63,718 nt of DNA, from the IMG/VR virus record IMGVR_UViG_3300029914_000006. One strand, written 5' to 3'. Below, piece by piece: positions 55,659-63,561 of this stretch. This DNA is from an uncultured virus (IMG/VR IMGVR_UViG_3300029914_000006) (lineage: Duplodnaviria; Heunggongvirae; Uroviricota; Caudoviricetes). The number at the start of each line of letters is the position of its first letter. Position 1 is the first letter of the stretch. The notes beneath the pieces were generated by a model, which made no database searches, was not told the origin of the DNA, and worked only from the letters and a program-made list of their open reading frames with translations. The position numbers and the translations under genes are program-made.

Positions 55659-55696
55659 TTTTTGCCGTGCCTTTCTGCCGGAAAATCCGGCTGGTG

Positions 55697-55963
55697 CTAA
55701 AACAGTGTGGGATTGTCGCCTTGACCGAAAAACAGAGGCGAACTCCGTTCCATCCGGCCCGCCTTGGCGCTTACATCGGCTTTTGGCGTGCGCATGAGTG
55801 CCGTCAGATCCTCCGCCAGGGCGAGCCCAGCAGCCGCGGCCCGGTCATCGTCTACCGTTTCGCAGCCTGCCAAGGTCAGGACGTGCGCAACGTCGCCCGC
55901 GTGCCGATCGCATAGGACGCAGCGCCCGGTTACAGCGGAGATCGCGAAAGAGTGGGATTTCAT
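55697..55963 (-). CDS. Hypothetical protein
   Basis: AAAGG RBS. Confidence 0.5.
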   Translation of the reverse strand: MKSHSFAISAVTGRCVLCDRHAGDVAHVLTLAGCETVDDDRAAAAGLALAEDLTALMRTPKADVSAKAGRMERSSPLFFGQGDNPTLF

Positions 55964-55975
55964 CGTGATAGCCTT

Positions 55976-56179
55976 TCAGTATTGGCGAATGGTTGGATCA
56001 AGCAGCGAAAGAGCGCACGTTAAAGCGTGGATACCGCACTTTGATTGTGGCACCTTGCGCCCTGTGGCCAACTGCATGATAGTTTGACGGTGAGCGGCCA
56101 TTGATGGACCAGTAAGGCCAAAAATGCGCTTCTGACCGTCTTTAAATGCCTGAACGGCTAAATTTTGCTCGTGTGTCAT
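55976..56179 (-). CDS. Hypothetical protein
   Basis: Coupled ATGA. Confidence 0.55.
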   Translation of the reverse strand: MTHEQNLAVQAFKDGQKRIFGLTGPSMAAHRQTIMQLATGRKVPQSKCGIHALTCALSLLDPTIRQY

Positions 56180-56394
56180 CCCTTGCCGCCTTTCTCCGCC
56201 TCTTCCCGCATATCTGCCCGAATCCCGTCCATTAGGTCAATCGCAGCCAAGTCCCCGCGACGGCTGGCGATAGTGTCTACCAGATGTAGCGTGTGGTAAA
56301 GATGATCAGCCGCCCGCATGAGCACAACCCGCGCGGCCTCTCCGTTCTGGTGCCGCTCCAACAGTTCAACGCTGTACGGCAATCCCATCTTCAT
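56176..56394 (-). CDS. Hypothetical protein
   Basis: Coupled ATGA, GAGG RBS. Confidence 0.55.
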   Translation of the reverse strand: MKMGLPYSVELLERHQNGEAARVVLMRAADHLYHTLHLVDTIASRRGDLAAIDLMDGIRADMREEAEKGGKG

Positions 56395-56615
56395 ACCTCT
56401 TCCCCCTCGGTCACCTGCTCAAAGCAAAAATCTCCGACGGAGCAATCACAGACTGACCACTGTGCCCCGCTCGGAAGGTGCTCAGCCCACCACTGACCAT
56501 GCTCAAAGAAAGTCGTGAACTCCGCAATGCGGCGCGCGCGATTCACGAGTTGTGCGCGGATCGCCTTGAATATAAGGGCTTCAACTGCGCTCGTGTTCGT
56601 CTCAGTCTTCAACAT
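56391..56615 (-). CDS. Hypothetical protein
   Basis: GAGGGG RBS; FFEHGQWW..GAQWSVCD. Confidence 0.6.
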   Translation of the reverse strand: MLKTETNTSAVEALIFKAIRAQLVNRARRIAEFTTFFEHGQWWAEHLPSGAQWSVCDCSVGDFCFEQVTEGEEV

Positions 56616-56624
56616 ACAACCCCC

Positions 56625-56876
56625 TCAGAATAACGAAAGCTGTGCACGCTCAACCGCACACACAGGCTCAACCTCGGCCACTTCCACAACGGCAACCGGC
56701 CGAACCGCGCCACCGTCAAACAAAACCCGATTGTTCCGGCTCCACTCCATCCGCTCACAATGCGCGCACAGAAACCGAAACGATCCGTCAGAATTGAACG
56801 CCGACGCCAGAACAAACCGCTCTCGCCGCCCGCACCGCTGGCAAATCCCTCTCGTATTATTTGAGCACGCTTGCAT
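56625..56876 (-). CDS. Cys-rich hypothetical protein
   Basis: CQRC, CAHC; ends QLSLF. Confidence 0.5.
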   Translation of the reverse strand: MQACSNNTRGICQRCGRRERFVLASAFNSDGSFRFLCAHCERMEWSRNNRVLFDGGAVRPVAVVEVAEVEPVCAVERAQLSLF

Positions 56877-56917
56877 AAGGGTTTTCCGTTCTGACCGCCT
56901 GTTGTCTCGGTGAACCG

Positions 56918-57223
56918 CTATCTAACCCACCAAGCGGAGTACAGGTATCCGTCTCCAGGAGCAACACCCCAAGCCCACCGCACTTTATTCTCTGCGGTGT
57001 CCTTAATTGTCCTGTGTCCATGGTGGCCATTATTTATCCGAAGGGCCTTCAGTCGGGGAGAGCGAGCCGACAAAGTAGCTGCCGCGTCCATCCTCATCCA
57101 CTGATCAGCGCGATCCGATTGATACTGAAACACCTCTATACCAATCGCAAACGTTGCCAATATAGACACCGCCGCGAAGTTAAACAGCCGCAAAGTCTTC
57201 TCTTGTGTGGGAGTCTTATCCAT
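56918..57223 (-). CDS. Hypothetical protein, first gene of leftward operon
   Basis: AAGGA RBS; upstream promoter. Confidence 0.5.
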   Translation of the reverse strand: MDKTPTQEKTLRLFNFAAVSILATFAIGIEVFQYQSDRADQWMRMDAAATLSARSPRLKALRINNGHHGHRTIKDTAENKVRWAWGVAPGDGYLYSAWWVR

Positions 57224-57275
57224 TTCCTTGCCTTGCCTTTCTGTGTTGCGCTAAATCCTTAAATGATGTTGTCTA

Positions 57276-57305
57276 CTTATAGCCTGCGACATAATAGCGT
57301 GTCAA
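57276..57305 (-). promoter_or_regulatory. Sigma70-like early promoter
   Basis: Minus strand TTGACA-18-TATAAG. Confidence 0.55.
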
Positions 57306-57573
57306 CTACTTTCTCAACTATTTTTAGTACACCCCTCGCAACCTCACACACCACGACTACCGCGCACAGCACACACTCTATGCGCCAACCACTCGCCCGA
57401 CAACGATCCTTATATATGCCAGCCACACCGCAAGCCCAGGGAGCCACAACGCGAAACCGGGGAGAAAACTAAAAGCGCAACGGCAACGCGCTATCTGTGC
57501 GAGAAAATACCCAAACGTGCAATAAAAACGCGCGGCTTAGTGATATACCGCCTAAACCGCGCCCACAGCAAGG

Positions 57574-58050
57574 TTATTCCTCTCCAGGGACATTGCCCGT
57601 GTCTGGGTCGCGCAGCATCATCCGCTCACGATGCCAAGCCGGGCAGCAATCACACGGCCCAGGATTCTCCCGGATGTATGCCTGAACCCGCTCGATGCAC
57701 GCCTTGCATGTGCAGATAGCAGGCTCCAGCACAAGGTTTCCTACCTGCATGATGATCGGGCCAACATGGAAAGCCTTGTGAATCTCCTCCAGGGTCAGGT
57801 CAAACCACTCTCCATGAACGCGCCGAGACTTGAATAATTCATGCAGCCGCTCTTCAAAGAACCATCCAAGCCCCCGCTTACACATCATAAGCGCAATAAA
57901 ATCTAGCGGGTAAGGGCTTTGTCTTGCCAGCGTACTGACTCTCGCGCTAGGGTTATCAGTTGTGCCGATCTTGGCGCGGCCGCACTCGGACCATATGACA
58001 TAGACATAGCTGCGGTTACGCGCGTGGAAGTCAGTCGTTAAACGGCTCAT
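57574..58050 (-). CDS. GIY-YIG nuclease (T5orf172/MUG113-like)
   Basis: YVYVI..AKIGTTDNPSARV..EERLHELF..RVHGEWF. Confidence 0.85.
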   Translation of the reverse strand: MSRLTTDFHARNRSYVYVIWSECGRAKIGTTDNPSARVSTLARQSPYPLDFIALMMCKRGLGWFFEERLHELFKSRRVHGEWFDLTLEEIHKAFHVGPIIMQVGNLVLEPAICTCKACIERVQAYIRENPGPCDCCPAWHRERMMLRDPDTGNVPGEE

Positions 58051-58264
58051 ACGTTGTTTCCTTTCGTGGCCTGTTGATGATGTCGAGGATTGTACCTGTG
58101 AGCCGTGGAGGATCGGCGATAGGCTTAGGCGTAGGCGGCTTCGTAGAGCGTAGGCGTGGCCTATCCCAGGCGGCAGAATGACACACTGGGCATTGGCGCG
58201 GCTTTCCCTCTACTCTCTTTGTCCATGTAGCGGAGCAACGGAGGCAAACACAATCATGATTCAT
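58031..58264 (-). CDS. Zinc-ribbon putative DNA-binding protein
   Basis: CLRCSATW..KPRQCPVCHSAAWDRPR; TATGAT 6 nt before ATG. Confidence 0.65.
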   Translation of the reverse strand: MNHDCVCLRCSATWTKRVEGKPRQCPVCHSAAWDRPRLRSTKPPTPKPIADPPRLTGTILDIINRPRKETTYEPFND

Positions 58265-59016
58265 ATATTCATCATAACGCCGCCCTCGCCGCGTGGAGGC
58301 TGTTTTTTGCCATAAAGGCCCCTCTAGGAGCCTCTAGGACGCATCGGCAGGACCTCGGAGGTACTACGGCATGGCAGTTTTGGCCTTGAGCCCCGGACTC
58401 GTCGCCCGTCCCATCCATTCGTACCAGCGAGCGTGCCTACCCGGTAACCCGGCCAGCCCTCGACCCGTCGCCCGTCCTGCCGGTGAGCGTGCAGGCCGAG
58501 GACGCAGCCGCTCGTCTGCTGGCCGTCCTGTCATCCCCTCGCCCTCGACCCGGTGAGAAGTGCCCCCACGGTTGGGCAAGCTGGCTGCAATGCCCTGAGT
58601 GCAATCCCAAGCGGTAAGTGCGCAACGCAATGCGCCACGATGCAGGGCGTTTGCGTGGGTCAACCTCCATCCTCTTTGTATGGTCTGAACTAATAGGATG
58701 CTCTGAATCGTTGCAACCTATTGATTACACAGCAGATGCGCCACTATATATGATGCGGCGCCCTGCGAAGTGTTTTCCGACCTCCGTCGCCTTGCTGCGC
58801 AGCCATCGCCGACCGTCGCCAGCCCTGCCCGCCGGACTCGACCCCTCTCCGGCCACCCTCCCGTCCTTGCCCCGGCCAGGTCTTCCCCCTCTCGCCGCGC
58901 CCTCTCTGCGGGGAACGCGACCTCAAGGGGGTGGGCTCGCCCATAGTCGGGCTTCGCCCGACCAACTCTTCATGCATAATTTTCTCAATTTCAAAAAATA
59001 TCATCCGTTTCATATG

Positions 59017-59039
59017 TTACAATATTTACAGAGGTTACA
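59017..59039 (+). promoter_or_regulatory. Three TTACA direct repeats at 9-bp period (candidate autoregulatory operator)
   Basis: TTACA at 59017, 59026, 59035 immediately before ATG 59041. Confidence 0.45.
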
Positions 59040-59040
59040 G

Positions 59041-59220
59041 ATGAGTGATTTGAATATTCGGAAAGTCCCGGATGATTTGATCCGTGCTTTGAAAATCGAG
59101 GCTGCTGAAAATGGGAAGACTCTTCGCGATGTTTGTATTGAGCGCCTTGAGCGTGTTTTTCAACGTGGCCCATCCGGCAAGGTTTCCACGCCATCGCAGA
59201 AGGGTGGCTCGAAGTGCTGA
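59041..59220 (+). CDS. Ribbon-helix-helix (Arc/FitA-like) regulator
   Basis: DLNIRKVPDDLIRALKIEAAENGKTLRDVCIERL. Confidence 0.75.
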   Translation: MSDLNIRKVPDDLIRALKIEAAENGKTLRDVCIERLERVFQRGPSGKVSTPSQKGGSKC

Positions 59221-59228
59221 AGGGAGTC

Positions 59229-59606
59229 ATGAGCAAGCGAATAGTGGCGCCTGACGAGATGGTCCATGCGGCGTGGGTTGCGTGGGGGGAACCAGACTGC
59301 GCGGGGGTACGAGACGTTGTGGAGGCTGCGCTCTTGTGGTTGTCGGAGAATCCGACTTCTCCCAATGAAGATCAGACGGAGGCAATCAGGGGTTCTTTCC
59401 TTGCGCAACAAGACGTGACAGAGTTGATTGAGTTCACTGTTCTGGAGTGGCAGCGCCGGATGTTCCTCGCGCCCGAGCCGGAAGTTCTGGAGCCAATCAA
59501 GGATTTGCTTTGCGGTGGCGGAGATGCGGAAGCATACTTCCGTCCTGACATCTACAATGATCGGATTGTTGAGGCGTACCGCCGTGGGAGGTCCGATGCT
59601 AAGTGA
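59229..59606 (+). CDS. Hypothetical protein
   Basis: AGGGAG RBS. Confidence 0.6.
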   Translation: MSKRIVAPDEMVHAAWVAWGEPDCAGVRDVVEAALLWLSENPTSPNEDQTEAIRGSFLAQQDVTELIEFTVLEWQRRMFLAPEPEVLEPIKDLLCGGGDAEAYFRPDIYNDRIVEAYRRGRSDAK

Positions 59607-59769
59607 AGGCGAGCATATCTGCCCGGTGTGCGGTTTGGTTGTAGAGGGGCTGGAGGCATACGAGGAGCATATGGGCAAGCGGCATGTTCCAGGTACGCGC
59701 TGGTCGGAGTTAAAACATAAAGGTTCGGATGATCTGCGAGAGTCGATGCAGAAGGGAGTGAATTCATGA
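59596..59769 (+). CDS. Small C2H2 zinc-finger-like protein
   Basis: CPVC..YEEHMGKRH; GGAGG RBS. Confidence 0.55.
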   Translation: MLSEGEHICPVCGLVVEGLEAYEEHMGKRHVPGTRWSELKHKGSDDLRESMQKGVNS

Positions 59770-59951
59770 ATAAATCGTATTTGGGGTATCTTCCGTTTAT
59801 TGGGTTTCGGGTATCGGTGGTGGCTATAGTGGTGGGTATTTTCTTGCCGCCTGATTCTCAGAATCCGCACGTGTTGGCTGATCTTTTTCTTTGTGCTTCT
59901 GGAGGGATACTATGGGCGATGTCGGACTTGTTTCTGAAGGAGATCAAGTGA
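59766..59951 (+). CDS. Small two-TM membrane protein
   Basis: Two hydrophobic segments; coupled. Confidence 0.5.
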   Translation: MNKSYLGYLPFIGFRVSVVAIVVGIFLPPDSQNPHVLADLFLCASGGILWAMSDLFLKEIK

Positions 59952-60505
59952 CCGACTTCGCCTCGATGATCAGCGGTATGGACGCGGAAGCCCGTCAGGA
60001 GATGATCGATTCCGCTCAGAAGTTTATGGAACACCGCGGGGATTATGAGACGTGCTTGTTCTGCGGGAAGAACCTGACGGATTTGGTTTGCGATGCGCCG
60101 ATTGGTTTTGAGATGGCGGGGTACAAGGATCCGGTACTGAAGACCCCGTTCACGAAGGCGGTTGATGGCTATCGATACCTGGATAGCAAGTCGGAGATGT
60201 TCACTTGCGATTTGCCGGTGTGCTTGAGTTGCAGGACAACTGGTGAGCCTATTTTCTTTTGCGGAGGCACTGAGGAACGATGGTTCCGTGAGTCTTTAGG
60301 CGAGGGCTCCCATTTTGATCCATCGGGCGTGTTTGTTCCAGACCTGTGCCCGCTGCATAGAAAGTCATCTAGCCTCGGACCTACTCAACAACGGAACAGA
60401 GTCATAACGCGGGACGAGGCAGAAGCATGGAGGAGGCAGGCGCGCATGATGATTGAGGGTGGAAAGATGGAGAAGGTATTGCCGTACCCGCAGGTGGCCG
60501 AATGA
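59948..60505 (+). CDS. Cys-rich hypothetical protein
   Basis: AAGGAG RBS, GTG start; CLFCG, LVCD, TCDLPVCLSC, DLCPLH. Confidence 0.6.
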   Translation: MTDFASMISGMDAEARQEMIDSAQKFMEHRGDYETCLFCGKNLTDLVCDAPIGFEMAGYKDPVLKTPFTKAVDGYRYLDSKSEMFTCDLPVCLSCRTTGEPIFFCGGTEERWFRESLGEGSHFDPSGVFVPDLCPLHRKSSSLGPTQQRNRVITRDEAEAWRRQARMMIEGGKMEKVLPYPQVAE

Positions 60506-60945
60506 CGGTGCAAGAGGAGATCGACGACTTGCTGAAGGCGCACGGGGCGGTTCTGGACCGAACGAAGAAGCACCACGTTTGGAAGTTCCCTGACGGGCGG
60601 ACGTTTGTGGCGGCGAGCTCGGCGTCTGATGTGCGGGCGGAGCGGAACCAGTTGGCGACGTTGCGGCAGATGCTCGGGGTGAAGCGGGTGGTGCGGAAGA
60701 ATCCTGGGCGGTTGGAGAAGAAGGGCGTTGGGCACGCGGCGTATGCGGGGGCTATCCCGGTTCGGCCGGACTGGAAGCAGGTTCTGATGGCGGCGATTGG
60801 GCTGGCGGAGCCGGTGGTGGAGAAGTTTGTGCCGGCGCGGTGTTGCTGCGCGGTGGATGTGCGGGTTGTGCCGATGACGCCGGTGTGGTGCATACTGCGG
60901 AATTTGGTTGGGTATGGAGGAGACATTCCGCACGACCGCAGATAA
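60502..60945 (+). CDS. Protein with HicA-like N-terminal domain
   Basis: LLKAHGAVLDRTKKHHVWKFPDGRTFVAASSASDVRAERN. Confidence 0.55.
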   Translation: MTVQEEIDDLLKAHGAVLDRTKKHHVWKFPDGRTFVAASSASDVRAERNQLATLRQMLGVKRVVRKNPGRLEKKGVGHAAYAGAIPVRPDWKQVLMAAIGLAEPVVEKFVPARCCCAVDVRVVPMTPVWCILRNLVGYGGDIPHDRR

Positions 60946-60997
60946 TTCTCTCGACATTTCAACGGAATCGTGGAACTATATGGGAAGGAGGTACCTG

Positions 60998-61186
60998 ATG
61001 AAGACGATAGTGTTCTATGAAGTCCCGAAGTTTCCCGAGTTGAAGTTCTCTGGATGGCGCACGCTTGACGCGCAGGTGCCTCCGGAGCAGGTGCATCGTT
61101 TCGTGGATATCCGTCGTGCGTGCCATGTTGGTTGTGGGCAGTGCGGGTTCACGGAGGACTATCCAGTGCATGAGAAGGTGGCATGA
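60998..61186 (+). CDS. Hypothetical protein
   Basis: AAGGAGG RBS. Confidence 0.5.
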   Translation: MKTIVFYEVPKFPELKFSGWRTLDAQVPPEQVHRFVDIRRACHVGCGQCGFTEDYPVHEKVA

Positions 61187-61293
61187 TGAAGGATCTCAAG
61201 TGGTACCGCACACTGGAATCTGTCTGTTTAGCTATTCTGATGGCACTCGGTCTCGTCTGTGTTTTTGGCGGAATACTGGGTCACTCGAAGTAG
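61183..61293 (+). CDS. Small single-TM peptide (36 aa)
   Basis: MMKDLKWYRTLESVCLAILMALGLVCVFGGILGHSK; coupled ATGA. Confidence 0.45.
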   Translation: MMKDLKWYRTLESVCLAILMALGLVCVFGGILGHSK

Positions 61294-61297
61294 AGTT

Positions 61298-61563
61298 TGA
61301 GTTCCCCGCAAGGGGAAATACGCAGTGAGCCCTTCGAGGCTAAATCGTTCATCTCTGAGTCCAAAGGATCGTGGCACGGCCGATCACGGAGATGAGGGAC
61401 GGGTACCAGTCCTAGATTCCGGTGAGACTCCGGCACTGCGTAGATGAGTTCCCTACGGGGAAGATGCGCGGCGTAGCGATACGTCATGTAGACATAGCCG
61501 GGGTGGAGTCAGATAGGGTCTACACGTGAGACTCTGGACGGAATCGAGACCGGACCGCGCATC
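61298..61563 (+). ncRNA. Candidate tandem two-unit structured RNA
   Basis: Two units, each TGAGTTCCC..GGGGAA hairpin + 9-bp closing stem + multibranch interior + shared GTGAGACTCYGG. Confidence 0.55.
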
Positions 61564-61583
61564 AGCAACACCAAGGAGTTCTA

Positions 61584-61811
61584 GTGAGCAAGTTTACAGA
61601 AGGCAAGCAGCCATGCAGCGACTTCAAACCGCAACGAGACGGCAACGGATATGCGACTTGGGATAACGTGCATGAGTGCTTCGGCCCCTTCGATGATTCA
61701 GGACGGCATCGCTGCGGAGGAACCGTTTCGTTCTGTGAGAACTGCTACTTGGACCATCATTCAAATGGGTGGGGTAGATGCCCCGAACCGCTTCAGAAAG
61801 ATATCGAATGA
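61584..61811 (+). CDS. Cys/His-rich hypothetical protein
   Basis: AAGGAG RBS; FCENCYLDHH. Confidence 0.6.
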   Translation: MSKFTEGKQPCSDFKPQRDGNGYATWDNVHECFGPFDDSGRHRCGGTVSFCENCYLDHHSNGWGRCPEPLQKDIE

Positions 61812-62092
61812 CACTTCTCTACCAAAAGTCGATCGCAGACATCGCGGCCCAGCCGTTGACGCGGGACCAGGAGATGTACGAGCCTACCGAGAGCGAGCGC
61901 GAACAGGGCATGTGGGCGGTCGTGGCGGACAAGGTAGACGAGGATGGCGATCCTGAGCCTGGCACGCGGTATCACATCATCCCGACGCATGGGGTCAGCC
62001 ACCAGATATCGGAGATGTGCTGGTGCGAACCGACACGTCACGAGCACAGCAACGGGCAGCCGTATTCGGTGGTCCATTCAATTTCGCAGTAG
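61808..62092 (+). CDS. Hypothetical protein
   Basis: Coupled; HIIP..H..CWCEP..VVH. Confidence 0.6.
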   Translation: MTLLYQKSIADIAAQPLTRDQEMYEPTESEREQGMWAVVADKVDEDGDPEPGTRYHIIPTHGVSHQISEMCWCEPTRHEHSNGQPYSVVHSISQ

Positions 62093-62108
62093 ACAAGAGG
62101 AGAAGTAA

Positions 62109-62306
62109 ATGGCGATTATCGTAAGGCCGTCCGCAAGTCCGACATGCAGTACTTGTGGGTATAAATTATGGACGGAAGTAAAGATGGGGAAAGAAGTAGC
62201 AACCCACCCTTTCAGTCCATCATGTCCTGATAGCCACAAGGCGTTTGAAATACCATCCTTCGAGTGCAAGCCTCTCGACGATATTTACGCAAGCGACCAA
62301 GTGTAG
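62109..62306 (+). CDS. Small zinc-binding protein
   Basis: GAGGAG RBS; CSTC..H..C. Confidence 0.55.
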   Translation: MAIIVRPSASPTCSTCGYKLWTEVKMGKEVATHPFSPSCPDSHKAFEIPSFECKPLDDIYASDQV

Positions 62307-62316
62307 ACGAGGAATC

Positions 62317-62730
62317 ATGGCGAGACGCACGGCACTAATCAAGGCGGCGGCGCGGCAGAACACGCCGTTTGAGGAAGTTGAAATCACGGATGCTATGCGG
62401 GCTGCTTATCCGCTTCTCAAGGGATGCACGTACCTGTACAGAAACAGTCGCTGTGAGGTGCAAATCTTCTCGATGGAAACGCCCATCGGCGGTGTGAACA
62501 TGGTGACGATCATCCGCCACGGCGATGTGGCTACACTGTCCTGGGAGGAAATTCAAAAATCGATTCACGACCTCTTCGGCGACGACGTGACCGCGGTGGA
62601 GATTTTCCCGGCGCTCAAGCACGAGTGGCACACGAAGATTGGTCTGCGTGTTCTCTGGATCCTGCCGGCTGGATACGAACTACCCTTCGGCCTTCACGTC
62701 AAGGGAGCTTTCGGGAGGAACGATGGCTAA
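62317..62730 (+). CDS. Phage hypothetical protein
   Basis: IIRH..SWEEIQ..LFGDDVTAVEIFP..LWILP..LPFGL family. Confidence 0.65.
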   Translation: MARRTALIKAAARQNTPFEEVEITDAMRAAYPLLKGCTYLYRNSRCEVQIFSMETPIGGVNMVTIIRHGDVATLSWEEIQKSIHDLFGDDVTAVEIFPALKHEWHTKIGLRVLWILPAGYELPFGLHVKGAFGRNDG

Positions 62731-62956
62731 GGGACCAACACCGTACACGGCAGAGGAACTGGTGGCGATGCTGAAGGATCGGCAGGGGAATCTTACCCAG
62801 CAGGCGTTTGCGAAGGAACTTCAAATCAGTTTTCAGCTTCTGTCCCAAATCTATAAGGGCGACAGGAGCATTGGGAACGAGAAGATCCTCAGCTACCTGG
62901 CGCCGAAAGGTTCCAAGTTCTCGCACCAGGACGTTTGGAACTTGATTAAGGGGTAG
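62723..62956 (+). CDS. XRE/Cro-like helix-turn-helix protein
   Basis: LTQQAFAKELQISFQLLSQIYKGDR; GGAGG RBS. Confidence 0.75.
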   Translation: MAKGPTPYTAEELVAMLKDRQGNLTQQAFAKELQISFQLLSQIYKGDRSIGNEKILSYLAPKGSKFSHQDVWNLIKG

Positions 62957-62974
62957 ACTGTCTGCTTCCTAAGT

Positions 62975-63035
62975 TTGGGTGGTCGGCTGGCCGGGAAACC
63001 GGAGGAAGCCCCGCTATTAAACGGGGACCACCCAA
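62975..63035 (+). ncRNA. Candidate three-way-junction RNA element
   Basis: TTGGGTGGTC/GACCACCCAA 10-bp stem enclosing CCGG-GAAA-CCGG and CCCG/CGGG hairpins. Confidence 0.4.
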
Positions 63036-63042
63036 TTCAATT

Positions 63043-63073
63043 AACAACCACGTTGAATAGACACTACAGTGCC
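63043..63073 (+). repeat. Cassette L site, copy D
   Basis: AACAACCA-CGTTGAATAGACACT-ACAGTGCC. Confidence 0.75.
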
Positions 63074-63087
63074 CGAAGGGAAGCACC

Positions 63088-63561
63088 ATGAAAGTTGTCT
63101 TTCTTGATTTCGATGGCCCGATTATCCCGATGGCCTCGCACCAACCGCCTTACAGGATTCCGGGTAGCGGAGCACAGGCGTTGCCTTGTTGTGTGGACCA
63201 ACTCAACAAGATCACAGACGCAACGGGAGCCGTCATAGTCGTGAGCAGCACATGGCGTGCAGATGGCCTGATGAAGACCCGAGAACGCTTGCATAAATGG
63301 GGAATAAAGGCCGATTGCATAGCGATTACTCCACATATGGACGAGCGCGACCCAAAGAGCGGCCTATGGATTTCGCACCCTCGTGGGCAGGAAATCCAGA
63401 AATGGCTCGATGAATACGACCGCGAGGAAGTTGAGGCATTCGTGATTCTCGATGACGATTCAGACATGGAGCATCTGATGCCATATCTCGTGCAGACTCC
63501 GTTTGAAACGGGGATTACCGAGGACCACACTGCTCAGGCGGTTGCACTTCTGAACAGGTAA
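63088..63561 (+). CDS. HAD-superfamily protein (Swiss Army knife RNA-repair-like HAD domain; cassette D cargo)
   Basis: VVFLDFDGPI, IVVSSTWR, RGQEIQKWL, FVILDDDSDM, GIT. Confidence 0.85.
   Translation: MKVVFLDFDGPIIPMASHQPPYRIPGSGAQALPCCVDQLNKITDATGAVIVVSSTWRADGLMKTRERLHKWGIKADCIAITPHMDERDPKSGLWISHPRGQEIQKWLDEYDREEVEAFVILDDDSDMEHLMPYLVQTPFETGITEDHTAQAVALLNR

Noticed and set aside
58364..59013. ORFs in the 58.3-59.0 kb region
   Set aside because: Arg/Pro/Gly-rich, no RBS or motifs; treated as non-coding apart from the RHH gene from 59041
61319..61442. Canonical tRNA gene
   Set aside because: No TTCRA T-loop, no 7-nt anticodon loop, no CCA, and too long; kept only as a structured RNA candidate
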